A stretch of 64,000 nucleotides of DNA. Origin: an archaeon. Its GTDB lineage: Archaea; Nanobdellota; Nanobdellia; Woesearchaeales; UBA9642. Shown in pieces: positions 9,364-19,400 of the stretch (position 1 is its first letter; each line of letters opens with the position of its first letter). The DNA is taken from positions 29,659 to 93,658 of the forward strand of contig JAZDHK010000023.1 of NCBI GenBank assembly GCA_043806035.1, written 5' to 3'. The position numbers and the translations under genes were made by a program. The notes under the pieces were generated by a model that saw nothing but the letters and a program-made list of their open reading frames with translations, did not search any database and was not told where the DNA came from.

Positions 9364-10469
9364 ATGAACTCCTCCACGTGCTTTCTCGCCCATTCTCTTT
9401 TCTTCTGGTGTTCTGCCAAGAATGCGTTGAGCTTGTCGATGAGGATATTCTTGAGCTCGCCGGAAAGCAATTTTCCCGAGCGATAGTCGTCATGGATTTC
9501 CTTGAGTTTTGCATCATCCTCTTCAAAGAAGCGCAGCCACTGATACGCAACATCAACGTCAGGATCACCGCCATGTTTTCTGTGTTCCTCGATCGTCTCC
9601 TTCCCCCCCGAGAATGCGTACTTGTTGACCTTCTTCTTCACCTGTTCTGGAGAATCTGTAGTCCAGATGGCAGTGTTCGGGTCGGAGGCGGACATCTTGC
9701 CGTCAACCTCCATGCCGCCAAGGCCTGGCAAGAACACACCGTGCAGGATGGCCGGCTTGTAATAGCCCAGCTTGGGGAAGACATCCCTGCTCACTCTGAA
9801 GTGCGCATCCTGGTCAATGCCCAACGGGATGAGGCAGGGGATGTTCTTCTTCTTGATGATGCTTGGCAGGATTGCGGGCACGGCCTGCATCGCCGTATAG
9901 AATATTTGGCCGATGTTCCTCTCGTTCGTGAAGCCGAAACTCGCCTTGACCGTGCTGAACGTTATCTTCTTCGCAATCTCGCATGCAGGCGCATATAGCA
10001 GTCCCGCATGTTTCGTGTCGATGAGGAAATGCGTCTTTTTTGGATTGAAGCCAAGAGCGATGATGTCCAGCATGTTCTCCTGAGTCCACTTTGCCGTATC
10101 CTGCAGCGTCAGCTCTTGCTTGAACAGGAATTTTTCCTCATCAGGGAATTGGAACCATAAGTCTACATCGAACTTGTCCTGCAGCCATTTCGTGAAGAGC
10201 CAAGGCACGAGATGCCCGACGTGAATCGGCCCGGAAGGTGCTCTGCCCGTATAGAGAAAAAACTGCTCTCCTTTGTCATACTGGTCGAGCAGCCAATGCA
10301 TGTCTCGGTGTGAGAAAAAGATGCCCCTTCTCAAGAAAGGATGGAGATCTCCTGCATGCTTCTCTATCCTGTGCAGGAGCTTCTGGTCTATCTTCTGCGT
10401 GCCGAATTCTGTGATGAGCTTGTCATAATCGATGCTGCCCTTGACTTCCCAAGGCGTGATTGTGGTCAT
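9351..10469 (-). CDS. trpS: Tryptophanyl-tRNA synthetase (archaeal/eukaryotic type)
   Basis: YTGRAPSGPIHVGH, GIDQDAHFR, KMSAS. Confidence 0.97.
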   Translation of the reverse strand: MTTITPWEVKGSIDYDKLITEFGTQKIDQKLLHRIEKHAGDLHPFLRRGIFFSHRDMHWLLDQYDKGEQFFLYTGRAPSGPIHVGHLVPWLFTKWLQDKFDVDLWFQFPDEEKFLFKQELTLQDTAKWTQENMLDIIALGFNPKKTHFLIDTKHAGLLYAPACEIAKKITFSTVKASFGFTNERNIGQIFYTAMQAVPAILPSIIKKKNIPCLIPLGIDQDAHFRVSRDVFPKLGYYKPAILHGVFLPGLGGMEVDGKMSASDPNTAIWTTDSPEQVKKKVNKYAFSGGKETIEEHRKHGGDPDVDVAYQWLRFFEEDDAKLKEIHDDYRSGKLLSGELKNILIDKLNAFLAEHQKKREWARKHVEEFIYKG

Positions 10470-10678
10470 GGCGCATCAGCGGAACTTGCGATTAATAAAT
10501 ATTGTGCAAATGCGAAGAAATCACTTGTCTCTCTGTTTTTACCCTTCTACGTGTTTTCTGTAGAACGTGTCATACATGCTGCAGAGGGGAGTCTATTGGT
10601 TCCGTGCGCTAAACCAAAAAATTATTAAACGTGTTATCATTGTTGGGAGAATACTTTTTGGCTGTCGGGGTGGTGGTT

Positions 10679-11653
10679 GTGAAATTGGGTGATTATGCAA
10701 TCCTTGTGTGTTTTGTGCTTTTGTGTTGTGTTCTGTCATTGCCCACGATTGGTGCTCTTGAGCAATCACGGAGTGATGTGTCTACTGACAGGATAACCTC
10801 TCCGCTTGATGACATAACCATTACTTCCTGCAATACACACGTATATGAGAATGGCACACGGATACTTCTTGAACAGGATATCTATTGTCAAGAGAATGAA
10901 GATGGGATTGTTCTCCATGTGGCTTCGTTTCAGATAGATTGTCAGAATCACCGAATTGTCGGCAGAAGCCTGACCGGTGGTAGAACGAATGCAGGCATTC
11001 GCTTGCCTATAGACGGATCATTTATTGATGAGAGCAGGATTGACAACTGTGTAATTGAGGGATTTGTTGGTGGTATATGGAAATCACCAGGACTAGATGA
11101 GTCACCAATGAACGTCATATTGCACAATAACACCTTGTTCAATAATAGTGTTGGCATATATGTTGACAGATACAGGGGAGGCATAACCCTCAGTAATAAT
11201 ACTGTGGTAAATAATATCTATGGGATTAATTGTGCGAACTCAATATTACGTGGAAATCGTATTCAAGGAAACACAGCAATCGGCGTTTTAAACCGTGATG
11301 GAGATAGTACTTTTCAGGACAATAGAATACATGGTAATGGGATCGGAATTGAAAGCTGGCCAGATGTTGCCCTGCAAAATAATTCTGTGCAAGGTAATGG
11401 GATAGGATTATTTGTACATGGTGAACCATCTACCAAAACTCCGCTCTCCATATCGAACAATCTTTTTTGTCACAATAGCGATGTTGACGTGTATTATGCT
11501 CATCCATTATCATTCTCTGGTTTTTTTGAGGATAACTATTGTGATATTCTTCGTTTATCTCTCGATCCGAGAGAGAATGTGATTAGGAAATTTAGTTGTA
11601 TCCCTTGTGAACAAAGGCAGAATACGGAAAGCAAAGGTCACGAGCTGACGTAA
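10679..11653 (+). CDS. Secreted right-handed parallel beta-helix protein (NosD/pectin-lyase-like)
   Basis: Hydrophobic N-terminus and repeated N.I.GN..GI units. Confidence 0.8.
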   Translation: MKLGDYAILVCFVLLCCVLSLPTIGALEQSRSDVSTDRITSPLDDITITSCNTHVYENGTRILLEQDIYCQENEDGIVLHVASFQIDCQNHRIVGRSLTGGRTNAGIRLPIDGSFIDESRIDNCVIEGFVGGIWKSPGLDESPMNVILHNNTLFNNSVGIYVDRYRGGITLSNNTVVNNIYGINCANSILRGNRIQGNTAIGVLNRDGDSTFQDNRIHGNGIGIESWPDVALQNNSVQGNGIGLFVHGEPSTKTPLSISNNLFCHNSDVDVYYAHPLSFSGFFEDNYCDILRLSLDPRENVIRKFSCIPCEQRQNTESKGHELT

Positions 11654-11687
11654 CAACGTTTATAAATGCCTTGTGGTGTTGTGAACT

Positions 11688-12461
11688 GTGTTATCTCGTA
11701 ATCTGGAAAAAGCAAGAGAAGCATTTTTGCATCAGGACAAATTATCTTCCCGCCTTGCGCACGAGCAGAAATCGTCAGAGCCGCACAAGCTGCAAGGCAA
11801 ATATCTCAAGAGCGCAGTGTACGGTGGCATGGATGGCATCATCACTACCTTTGCAGTCGTTGCGGGCGTGGGAGGTGCTGCGCTGTCCTCCAGCATTGTG
11901 CTCATTCTCGGCTTTGTCAATCTTATCGCTGACGGCCTGAGCATGGCCATAGGTGATTATCTCAGTACAAAATCAGAGCGCGAATATCAGAAGGCAGAAC
12001 GCACGCGAGAAGCATGGGAATTAGACAATTATCCTCAAGGAGAACGCAAGGAGATGGTGGAAATCTATATGCGGAAAGGCGTAAGCAAAAAAGATGCAGA
12101 GCTTGCTGTCAAAGCATTGTCCAAGAACAGAGATGCGTTTATCAACATCATGATGGTGGAAGAGCTTGGCATCATCGAAGAGGACACGAGTCCTGTGAAG
12201 AATGCGCTCGTCACCTTCCTGAGCTTTGCCGTCTTCGGATTCGTCCCCTTATTTGCCTTTGTTTTTTCATCCCTCTTCCCCTTGCACGAGTTCCTTGCCG
12301 CAATCATACTGACTGGAGCAACCCTTTTTGCGTTGGGCGCATTGCGGACAAACTTCACGGGAAGAAACTGGCTGCTCTCGGGAACGGAAATGCTCGTCGT
12401 TGGAGGGATAGCTGCTGGAGCTGCCTATCTGATGGGTGTGTTGCTTGGCGGCCTAGTCTAG
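11688..12461 (+). CDS. VIT1/CCC1 family iron/manganese transporter
   Basis: VYGGMDGIITTFA, ADGLSMAIGDYLS, EELG. Confidence 0.93.
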   Translation: MLSRNLEKAREAFLHQDKLSSRLAHEQKSSEPHKLQGKYLKSAVYGGMDGIITTFAVVAGVGGAALSSSIVLILGFVNLIADGLSMAIGDYLSTKSEREYQKAERTREAWELDNYPQGERKEMVEIYMRKGVSKKDAELAVKALSKNRDAFINIMMVEELGIIEEDTSPVKNALVTFLSFAVFGFVPLFAFVFSSLFPLHEFLAAIILTGATLFALGALRTNFTGRNWLLSGTEMLVVGGIAAGAAYLMGVLLGGLV

Positions 12462-12851
12462 CTTGAAGAGTTCGATGCATTCTGTATTCGGCTTGAGCAT
12501 GCTTTCCGGCTGTTTTTCATACTGGACTGCAAGGTATTCGTTGATGAGCGGTCTGATCTCTTCAAGCACTGCTTTCTTGCAATCTTGGAGATTGAACGCT
12601 GGTTTGTTCTTTCCTTTTTTCTTCCTGCCTGGCTCTGCATGAGGGACGGCAATGACTGTGTTGTTTGCAATTGTCACCACGTATCCTGAACGTTCATACC
12701 TTCTGCTGTTCCTGTGCATCAAGTGACAATGGAATCCGAAGCCGTGATTTTCTCTTCGATCAAGATAATATTGTGGTGCGTGATATTCGCCCGAAGGAAC
12801 GCTGCCATGGACGTGTACGATGTCATAGTCATTAAGAATGTTGTCAGCCAT
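12453..12851 (-). CDS. Hypothetical protein (His-rich N-terminal half)
   Basis: Fills the gap between genes; no family recognised. Confidence 0.55.
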   Translation of the reverse strand: MADNILNDYDIVHVHGSVPSGEYHAPQYYLDRRENHGFGFHCHLMHRNSRRYERSGYVVTIANNTVIAVPHAEPGRKKKGKNKPAFNLQDCKKAVLEEIRPLINEYLAVQYEKQPESMLKPNTECIELFKLD

Positions 12852-12889
12852 GTTGGCTTATAGCGGCAAGTCTATATTATTCTTTTGGT

Positions 12890-14353
12890 TTAGATTTCGT
12901 ACTTGACGCCTTTCTTCATGACGATGACCGTCTCTGGAGCATAGCCTGCCTCGATGATGCTGTCTCTAAGAGCGTAGCATGCTTCTTTCTCACCGTGCTT
13001 GATGAAGATTCCCTTGAACTGCTTCCCTTGCCCTGGAGGGTGGATATGCTTGAGATGCGCGATGATTTCATCTTTGTCAGCATGTCCGGAAAGGCCACCC
13101 ATCTTTCGCACTTCTGCGTTGTTCTCGATCATTTCGCCATCGAAATAGATTTCTTTTGCTCCTCTCTTCAATGCATCTGCTCTCGTCCCAGGACTTGCGT
13201 AGCCCGTTAGGAGAACCATGGTTGTCGGATTAGAGATGGTCTTTGCGAGAATAGGAACTACTCTTCCCATCTCGCACATGCCTGAGCTTGCGATGATGGC
13301 ATACGGTGGTTGCGCATTGTCCAGCACTTCATAAGTCTCTGCCATTTTCTTGTGGTGAATGAGCCCGGGGAATTCGAAAGGATTATTGTTCTTTCTTTCG
13401 AATTCTTCGAGTGCACGCTCATCGAGATCTTTTATGTGTTTCAGAATGATCCTGCTGACTGTGTTTGCTGTGGGGCTGCTGCTATAGATGGGCATCTCAG
13501 GTAGTCGTCCTTCCTCGTGCAGCCGGTAGAGAAAATTCCACAGCATGTGTGTTCGCATGATGCTAAATGCGGGGATGATGAGCCTGCCTTTCTGATCGTA
13601 CGTGTCCTGCACTGCTTTCTCCAATGTGGAGATGGACTCCTCAAGGGGTCCGTGCACTCTGTTGCCGTACGTGCTTTCGATGACGATATAATCGATGTCG
13701 CCAGGAAATTCTGTTTCGGGATAGCGAACGAGCGGAATGTCAGCAACAGGATGTCCTAATATCTTGTAGTCCGTCCTGCCAAGATCGAATGAGGTAAGCA
13801 GTTTTTTTGGTCCTTCTTTTGTGTCAATGGTGAAGAGGATCTGTGCGCTGCCCGGGATGTGTCCTGCATCATAGAATGTTGCTGTTGCATTGGGAAGTTG
13901 GAATTGTTCATGGTAGTCGTGTTGGAGCACTTGTGCCATGGTCTTGTTGACATCATCAGTGGTGTATTCTGCCTTTTTGAAAGGAACATATTCTCCTTTT
14001 TTCGGGCCGAATTGTATTCTCTTGCCTCTGATGGACTTGTTGTACATATAGACAGAGCCCACGTCTTGCTTGAGCTGCATTTCGGTGATGTCGTATGTCT
14101 CTGGAGTGGCATGGATGGGACCGTCAAAGGCTCTGTTGAGATTCATGAGCTCTCCTATGTGGTCTAAATGGCCGTGCGTTAAGACTACTGCGTCGATGCT
14201 TTTCGGGTTGAATGGCAGCATCTTTGTTTCGTGAGAATAATCCTTGCCCATATCGATCAGAATGTTCTTTCCGTCAACACAAAGCAGCAGTTTGCTGCCG
14301 GGAACGGTCTCTGCCGCGCCGTATTCCGCTATAGTGACTTCCGGGCCTTTCAT
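12890..14353 (-). CDS. MBL-fold/beta-CASP ribonuclease
   Basis: THGHLDH, AGHIPGS, ESTYG, SSGMCEMGR, LSGHAD, KHGE. Confidence 0.92.
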   Translation of the reverse strand: MKGPEVTIAEYGAAETVPGSKLLLCVDGKNILIDMGKDYSHETKMLPFNPKSIDAVVLTHGHLDHIGELMNLNRAFDGPIHATPETYDITEMQLKQDVGSVYMYNKSIRGKRIQFGPKKGEYVPFKKAEYTTDDVNKTMAQVLQHDYHEQFQLPNATATFYDAGHIPGSAQILFTIDTKEGPKKLLTSFDLGRTDYKILGHPVADIPLVRYPETEFPGDIDYIVIESTYGNRVHGPLEESISTLEKAVQDTYDQKGRLIIPAFSIMRTHMLWNFLYRLHEEGRLPEMPIYSSSPTANTVSRIILKHIKDLDERALEEFERKNNNPFEFPGLIHHKKMAETYEVLDNAQPPYAIIASSGMCEMGRVVPILAKTISNPTTMVLLTGYASPGTRADALKRGAKEIYFDGEMIENNAEVRKMGGLSGHADKDEIIAHLKHIHPPGQGKQFKGIFIKHGEKEACYALRDSIIEAGYAPETVIVMKKGVKYEI

Positions 14354-14452
14354 ATGTATAACGAATGCACGTTCCTTTTTAAAGCTTTCTAATTGTAACT
14401 ACTGATTAGTTAATATTTTATCGAGGTGTGTGCTGTGTACACGATATTCTGT

Positions 14453-14477
14453 AAAGAAAAAAGGAGGCTCTTCCTCC
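14453..14477 (-). terminator. Hairpin plus T-tract terminator after tfb and its small downstream ORF
   Basis: Minus strand GGAGG-AAGAG-CCTCC followed by TTTTTTCTTT, right after the stop at 14478. Confidence 0.65.
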
Positions 14478-14657
14478 TCACCTCTTTTCTCGGAAGGTAT
14501 TTTGCTCTTGCTGATACCAGCCAGCATAATATTCCTCATAGCCAAAATCAAAGCCAGTAAATTCTTTGGTAGCTTGTGGCTGAGGTAGGTAGTCTAGTGT
14601 GTGTTCTTCTTTCTCAGATGACTGTCGTTCGGGAGGTTGTTGTGCTGTGTTGTCCAT
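14478..14657 (-). CDS. 59-aa acidic/aromatic microprotein downstream of tfb
   Basis: Own translation MDNTAQQPPERQSSEKEEHTLDYLPQPQATKEFTGFDFGYEEYYAGWYQQEQNTFREKR; starts 4 nt after the tfb stop. Confidence 0.5.
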   Translation of the reverse strand: MDNTAQQPPERQSSEKEEHTLDYLPQPQATKEFTGFDFGYEEYYAGWYQQEQNTFREKR

Positions 14658-14661
14658 GTGA

Positions 14662-15585
14662 TCACTTCTTCTTCTTTTTCGCTTTCTTGATTTCTTTTTC
14701 CAAGTTCAGCTTGTCCAGAAGTTCTTTGTACCTGTTTCTGATCGTGACTTCAGTAACGCCGGCGACATCAGCGACCTCTCGTTGCGTTCGTTTCTCGCCG
14801 TTGATCAGAGCGGCGACGTACAGGCCTGCTGCGGCAATGCCTGTAGGCCCTCTGCCTGATGTCAGCTCGATCTTCTGTGCTGTTTCGATGATCTCCACAG
14901 ACTTCGATTGTGTCTCAGCGCTCAAGTTCAGCGCAGAAGCGAATCGTGCTATATAGTCGCTCGGATTGCTCGGAAGGATGGTGATACCTAGCTCTCTAGT
15001 AATAAATCGGTACGTCCTGCCTATCTCTTTCTTCTCGATGCCTGATGCTTCGTTGAACTCATCAAGCGTTCGGGGCACTTCATGACGCCTGCACGCAGCA
15101 TACAATGCCCCTGCGACGACACTTTCCATGCTCCTGCCACGAACGAGCCCTTTCTGCACGGCAAGCGTGTAGATGCGCGAGGCTTCTTCCTCGACACTAG
15201 AAGGTAATTTGAGATAAGAGGAGACTCTCTTGAGCTCAGCCAAGGCCAATTTGAGGTTCCTTTCGATGGCAGTGTTGATTCGGTGCTGCCACTTCCTGAG
15301 CCTGAAGAATTTGCTCTTGTTCGCTCCACCTAATTGGTAGAGGTCTGACTTCTTGCCAACGTCTGTACCTAGTCCTTGGTCGAACTGCGTGTACGTCATG
15401 GGCGCGCCGGTCCTTCGCTTCCGGGCAGCAGCTTCTGAGTCGAATTCTCGCCATTCCTGGTCGAAATCGACCATTTTCTCTTCAACGACGAGTCCGCACT
15501 CTCTGCAGGTGATTTCTCCTCTATCTTTGTTCCAAAGCAGATTGATACTTCCGCATTCTGGGCATTTCTTGACAAATTGTGCCAT
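14662..15585 (-). CDS. tfb: Transcription initiation factor IIB
   Basis: CPECG...CRECG Zn ribbon, EWREF, two cyclin repeats, GVTEVTIRNRYKEL. Confidence 0.98.
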   Translation of the reverse strand: MAQFVKKCPECGSINLLWNKDRGEITCRECGLVVEEKMVDFDQEWREFDSEAAARKRRTGAPMTYTQFDQGLGTDVGKKSDLYQLGGANKSKFFRLRKWQHRINTAIERNLKLALAELKRVSSYLKLPSSVEEEASRIYTLAVQKGLVRGRSMESVVAGALYAACRRHEVPRTLDEFNEASGIEKKEIGRTYRFITRELGITILPSNPSDYIARFASALNLSAETQSKSVEIIETAQKIELTSGRGPTGIAAAGLYVAALINGEKRTQREVADVAGVTEVTIRNRYKELLDKLNLEKEIKKAKKKKK

Positions 15586-15798
15586 GCTTTTACCCCCAAC
15601 ATGAACAATTATGCTATTAGTTATGTTCCAGCACAACTAATTTTATAAAGGAAATCCGCTTTTACTATATAAACCTTTCGGTTTTTTACAATAGATTTTT
15701 AAAACTTGCGCCTATTTCGTAACCACAACAAAGTGATACTTGTGTTTTGTTTTTTTTGTTTAGGTAGATTTTTATATCAGCTGCATTCCAGCAAAGCT

Positions 15799-16482
15799 AT
15801 GGCAAAACTTGTTTTGGTACGGCACGGCCAAAGCGTATGGAACCTCGCCCCGAACTTTACAGGATGGGTTGATGTACTCTTGACTCCACAAGGAAGAGCA
15901 GAAGCAGAAGCTGCAGGAAAGGCACTCGTCAAAACAAACCTGACTTTTGATGCTATCTTCACCTCGACATTGATACGTGCACATGAGACCTTGCTGCATC
16001 TTCTCTATCAGCTGCACCTAGAGAAGACACTCATCTTTCATTCGGAATATCCTGATCTGGAGCAATGGGCACATCATGCTGCCAAGGAAAGCATCCTTCC
16101 TGTCTTCAAGGCAAAAGCGCTGAATGAACGCTACTATGGCGACCTCCAAGGATTAAACAAGAATGAAACTATCGCAAAATATGGCGCGCAACAAGTACAC
16201 ATCTGGAGAAGAAGCTACAGCACTCCGCCTCCGAATGGAGAAAACCTTAAGGAAACGTGTGCCAGAGCCATTCCCTACTATCAAGAGCGTATCCTGCCAT
16301 TGCTTAACCAGGACAAGAACGTCCTCGTCGTAGCGCATGGTAATTCCTTGCGGGGCATCATCATGTATCTCGAGAACATTTCCGAGACAGATGTTTCCAA
16401 CCTAGAAATTCCGTTAGGCGTTCCTATCGTTTATGAGATAGTTCAGGGAAAGATACTAAATAAAAGTATATTGGAAACGTGA
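15799..16482 (+). CDS. gpmA: 2,3-bisphosphoglycerate-dependent phosphoglycerate mutase
   Basis: LVRHGQS, FTGWVDV, LNERYYGDLQGLNK, AHGNSLR. Confidence 0.95.
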   Translation: MAKLVLVRHGQSVWNLAPNFTGWVDVLLTPQGRAEAEAAGKALVKTNLTFDAIFTSTLIRAHETLLHLLYQLHLEKTLIFHSEYPDLEQWAHHAAKESILPVFKAKALNERYYGDLQGLNKNETIAKYGAQQVHIWRRSYSTPPPNGENLKETCARAIPYYQERILPLLNQDKNVLVVAHGNSLRGIIMYLENISETDVSNLEIPLGVPIVYEIVQGKILNKSILET

Positions 16483-16504
16483 TGCTTTTCAGTGATTCTG
16501 CTCC

Positions 16505-17167
16505 TCAAATTCTCTTGTACTTGAAATAATTATCGACGTCGTCTTTGCTTAATTCTATGGTTTTGGGAGCTGTTCGCGCACGTTTTGTGCTTGCGGGCTT
16601 TCTTTTTGTATAGCCGCTTTTTCGTAGCTGCATGAGCAGGAAGTAGCCGTAGCCAAGACCTATCGCAAGCCCTGCAAGATGCGCGATGTTCGCAATGCCT
16701 GAAGGAACGAAGATGCCGAAGATGTCGATTGCGGCAAAGATGATCCCTGCAATCCTGAGCGACATGGGGATGAAGAACAAGAAGAGAACGGGGAGGTCGG
16801 GCATGAGGATGATGGTTATGCCAAGGATGCCCATGATGGCGCCGCTCGCTCCCAACACTGCGTTGTAGAAGAAGACGCTAACAATGGACGCAAAAAGCCC
16901 TGCGGCAAAATAGCCGACTAGGAATCTCCTCGTGCCTATCCTGCGCTCCACTAATGATCCGAACATGAGCAGCGCATACATGTTGAAGAGCAAATGCATA
17001 AGGTCGGCGTGCAGGAACATGCTCGTCACGAGAATCCACGGCCGGGCAAGGACGTCTGAAGAGACGAGCACGAACGTTTGCGTGAAGCCTTTGAACAGCT
17101 GCTGGATGATGAACACGAGTATGTTGATAAGCAGTAGCGGCACGACGGCATTTCTCAATAATCTCAT
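16505..17167 (-). CDS. Rhomboid intramembrane serine protease
   Basis: HLLFNM, GASG, AHLAG. Start 17167 supported by GAAACGCTTTTAAG (BRE/TATA) about 24 nt upstream. Confidence 0.92.
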   Translation of the reverse strand: MRLLRNAVVPLLLINILVFIIQQLFKGFTQTFVLVSSDVLARPWILVTSMFLHADLMHLLFNMYALLMFGSLVERRIGTRRFLVGYFAAGLFASIVSVFFYNAVLGASGAIMGILGITIILMPDLPVLFLFFIPMSLRIAGIIFAAIDIFGIFVPSGIANIAHLAGLAIGLGYGYFLLMQLRKSGYTKRKPASTKRARTAPKTIELSKDDVDNYFKYKRI

Positions 17168-17395
17168 GTCTGCGAGAGCGGGGTGATGGCTTAAAAGCGT
17201 TTCGGTCATCATGGGCTCCGTACTCAATCTCTTTTGCATCCCGCTCCGCACAGAAGAGCATGCAGATGCACGCATACGAGTCGGCACGTAACGGAATTGT
17301 TTGTTGATTGCTTCGCTCGGGGATGCACGAGACTCTGAGGATGGAGCAGGTCATCGTGACGAAACATAACGCTTATAAAAGCGTACGTTCAAGAA

Positions 17396-17959
17396 GTGGT
17401 CGTGTTCAACCTCAAGAACCTCGATGAGCATCTGGACAGCAACGAAAAGGTGCTGCTCTTTTTTAGGCCGTCACGAAGAGCGTACCTGCTGCAGTATGCG
17501 CTCATCATTCTGCTGATACTGCTCTGTCTTTTCTTGCTCTCTTCCTCTTTCTTCTTGAGACTGAGCATGCTGCTGCGCTACGCATCCTTCGTCATTTTCA
17601 TCGTCTGCATCGTCCTGCTCGTACGAGTTGAGTACCGTATCTGGTCGAGACGCTACGCATTGAGCTCTGATCGTTTGCTCTACAGCAGAGGCATTTTTTC
17701 CGAGACGTTCATGAGCGCGAGCTATGCGTTCATCACGGACATTCGTTTCCGTCAGAGCTTTTGGGACAAGCTCATGAATACGGGAACTATTGCGGTAGAT
17801 ACTGCGGGGACGGACAGGATAGAGATACGCTACAGAAAAGTCAACAACCCGCTGGAAGTCAAGCGGATGATCAATGACTTGCAGGGACAAAACATAAAAA
17901 CAGCTTCTCCCTTACAAAAGCGTGCACAAGGCAATTCTCTACGAAAAGAAAGAGCATGA
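17396..17959 (+). CDS. Membrane protein with bacterial PH (bPH_2) domain
   Basis: Two TMs, then RYALSSDRL..SRGIF, QSFWDKLMNTGTI.V.TAG. Confidence 0.8.
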   Translation: MVVFNLKNLDEHLDSNEKVLLFFRPSRRAYLLQYALIILLILLCLFLLSSSFFLRLSMLLRYASFVIFIVCIVLLVRVEYRIWSRRYALSSDRLLYSRGIFSETFMSASYAFITDIRFRQSFWDKLMNTGTIAVDTAGTDRIEIRYRKVNNPLEVKRMINDLQGQNIKTASPLQKRAQGNSLRKERA

Positions 17960-18956
17960 TCTCGTCCGCTGCACGGCCTGCCAGAATTACTGCGTTATTG
18001 CGAAGGACACGAGCGGCGTTTGCGGCGTGCGGAGGAACATTGATGGTGATCTCTGCTTGCTCGTGTATGGGCAAGCAAGCGCTGCAAATGTTGATCCTAT
18101 TGAGAAAAAGCCGCTCTACCACGTCCTGCCTGGAGAATCTGTCTTTACGATAGGGACTGTTGGCTGTAATTTCTCCTGCCAGTTCTGCCAGAATTGGGAT
18201 ATTAGCCAGGTGACAAAAGGATTACGGAAAAAGCCACTCGAGCACACTAAAGAGCTACTCGCTTACGGTTACAAGCTCTCCCCTCAGGACATCATTGACA
18301 TCTGCAAAAAACAGCGCATCCCTGCAGTCGCTTTCAGCTACAATGAGCCTGCAATCTTTTTCGAGTACGCGTATGACACGATGCTGCTTGCCAAGAAGGA
18401 GGGCATCAAGACCGTTTTTGTCAGTAATGGGTATGCGAGCAATGAGTCCTTGGACAAGCTTGCAGGACTTCTCGATGCAATCAATATAGACCTGAAGAGT
18501 TTCAAAGACGAATTCTACAGGAAGCATTCGCAGGCACGCCTGCAACCCGTGCTGGACACGATCAAACGATGCCACGACCTCGGCATCTGGGTAGAAGTGA
18601 CGACGCTCTTCATTCCCGGAGAGAATGATGCTGGTCAAGAGATGCGTGACATCATAACGTTCATTGCAGGCATCGATGTCAACATCCCTTGGCACATCTC
18701 CGCGTTCCACCCTTCGTACAAGATGCTTGACAAGCAACCGACACCTCACGAAACCCTGAAGAGAGCGTATCATTTGGGCAGGGAGAAGCTGCATTTCGTC
18801 TATGTGGGAAATGTGCACGATCCAGAACGGAGTGCCACGTATTGTCCACATTGCGAGAAGAAGGTCATTGAGCGGCACGGCAGTGCAGTGCACAATAGTT
18901 TGAGTAAGCAGGCATGCCCGTTCTGCAACACGGCCATTCCCGGAATTTTCAAATAG
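17922..18956 (+). CDS. amrS: AmmeMemoRadiSam system radical SAM enzyme
   Basis: DPIEKKPLYH, GCNFSCQFCQNWDISQ, NIDLKSF; neighbours amrB and amrA. Confidence 0.93.
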   Translation: MHKAILYEKKEHDLVRCTACQNYCVIAKDTSGVCGVRRNIDGDLCLLVYGQASAANVDPIEKKPLYHVLPGESVFTIGTVGCNFSCQFCQNWDISQVTKGLRKKPLEHTKELLAYGYKLSPQDIIDICKKQRIPAVAFSYNEPAIFFEYAYDTMLLAKKEGIKTVFVSNGYASNESLDKLAGLLDAINIDLKSFKDEFYRKHSQARLQPVLDTIKRCHDLGIWVEVTTLFIPGENDAGQEMRDIITFIAGIDVNIPWHISAFHPSYKMLDKQPTPHETLKRAYHLGREKLHFVYVGNVHDPERSATYCPHCEKKVIERHGSAVHNSLSKQACPFCNTAIPGIFK

Positions 18957-19008
18957 AATCACTTTTAAGTAGTAAAATTTATAAATTGGGTGTGTTTTGT
19001 TCTGCAGC

Positions 19009-19359
19009 ATGGACCCAATAGCACGTTTTGAACTGGGCATACGGCATGTCGCTAGACGATATGCCAACCGAGAAGGATATGGCAATCAGCGCAAAGGACC
19101 CAATATTGATATTGGTGAAAAAACTATCCTGCAGGAAATCTATGACCTTCCTCGTTCACACTCCAGCTTCCTCCTTCCCATCTACATCGACAGAGCTGCC
19201 AAGACGATAACGCTTCCCGGCCCTCTCGACAATACTGGAAAACGGGGCAAGCCTCGCGTCTATAAGAACCCCGAAGCGGCAGTGAGAGTATATGAGTGGC
19301 TCTGGCTCGAGACGCACAGGCACTGTGCGCTTGAGGAATTATCCCTTCTCCCTCAGTAG
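19009..19359 (+). CDS. Hypothetical protein between amrS and amrB
   Basis: ORF with its own TTTATAAA box upstream; no family recognised. Confidence 0.5.
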   Translation: MDPIARFELGIRHVARRYANREGYGNQRKGPNIDIGEKTILQEIYDLPRSHSSFLLPIYIDRAAKTITLPGPLDNTGKRGKPRVYKNPEAAVRVYEWLWLETHRHCALEELSLLPQ

Positions 19360-19400
19360 AAACGGAAACACATAAGTACTTGCTCATCTCAAGACAATGC

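Noticed and set aside
14576-14956. 126-aa plus-strand ORF with a poly-Phe run
   Set aside because: Antisense to the Lys-rich C-terminus of tfb.
16878-17354. Cys-containing ORF upstream of the rhomboid as a frameshifted AN1 zinc finger
   Set aside because: Cys/His spacing does not fit, and the rhomboid has its own BRE/TATA at leaderless spacing.
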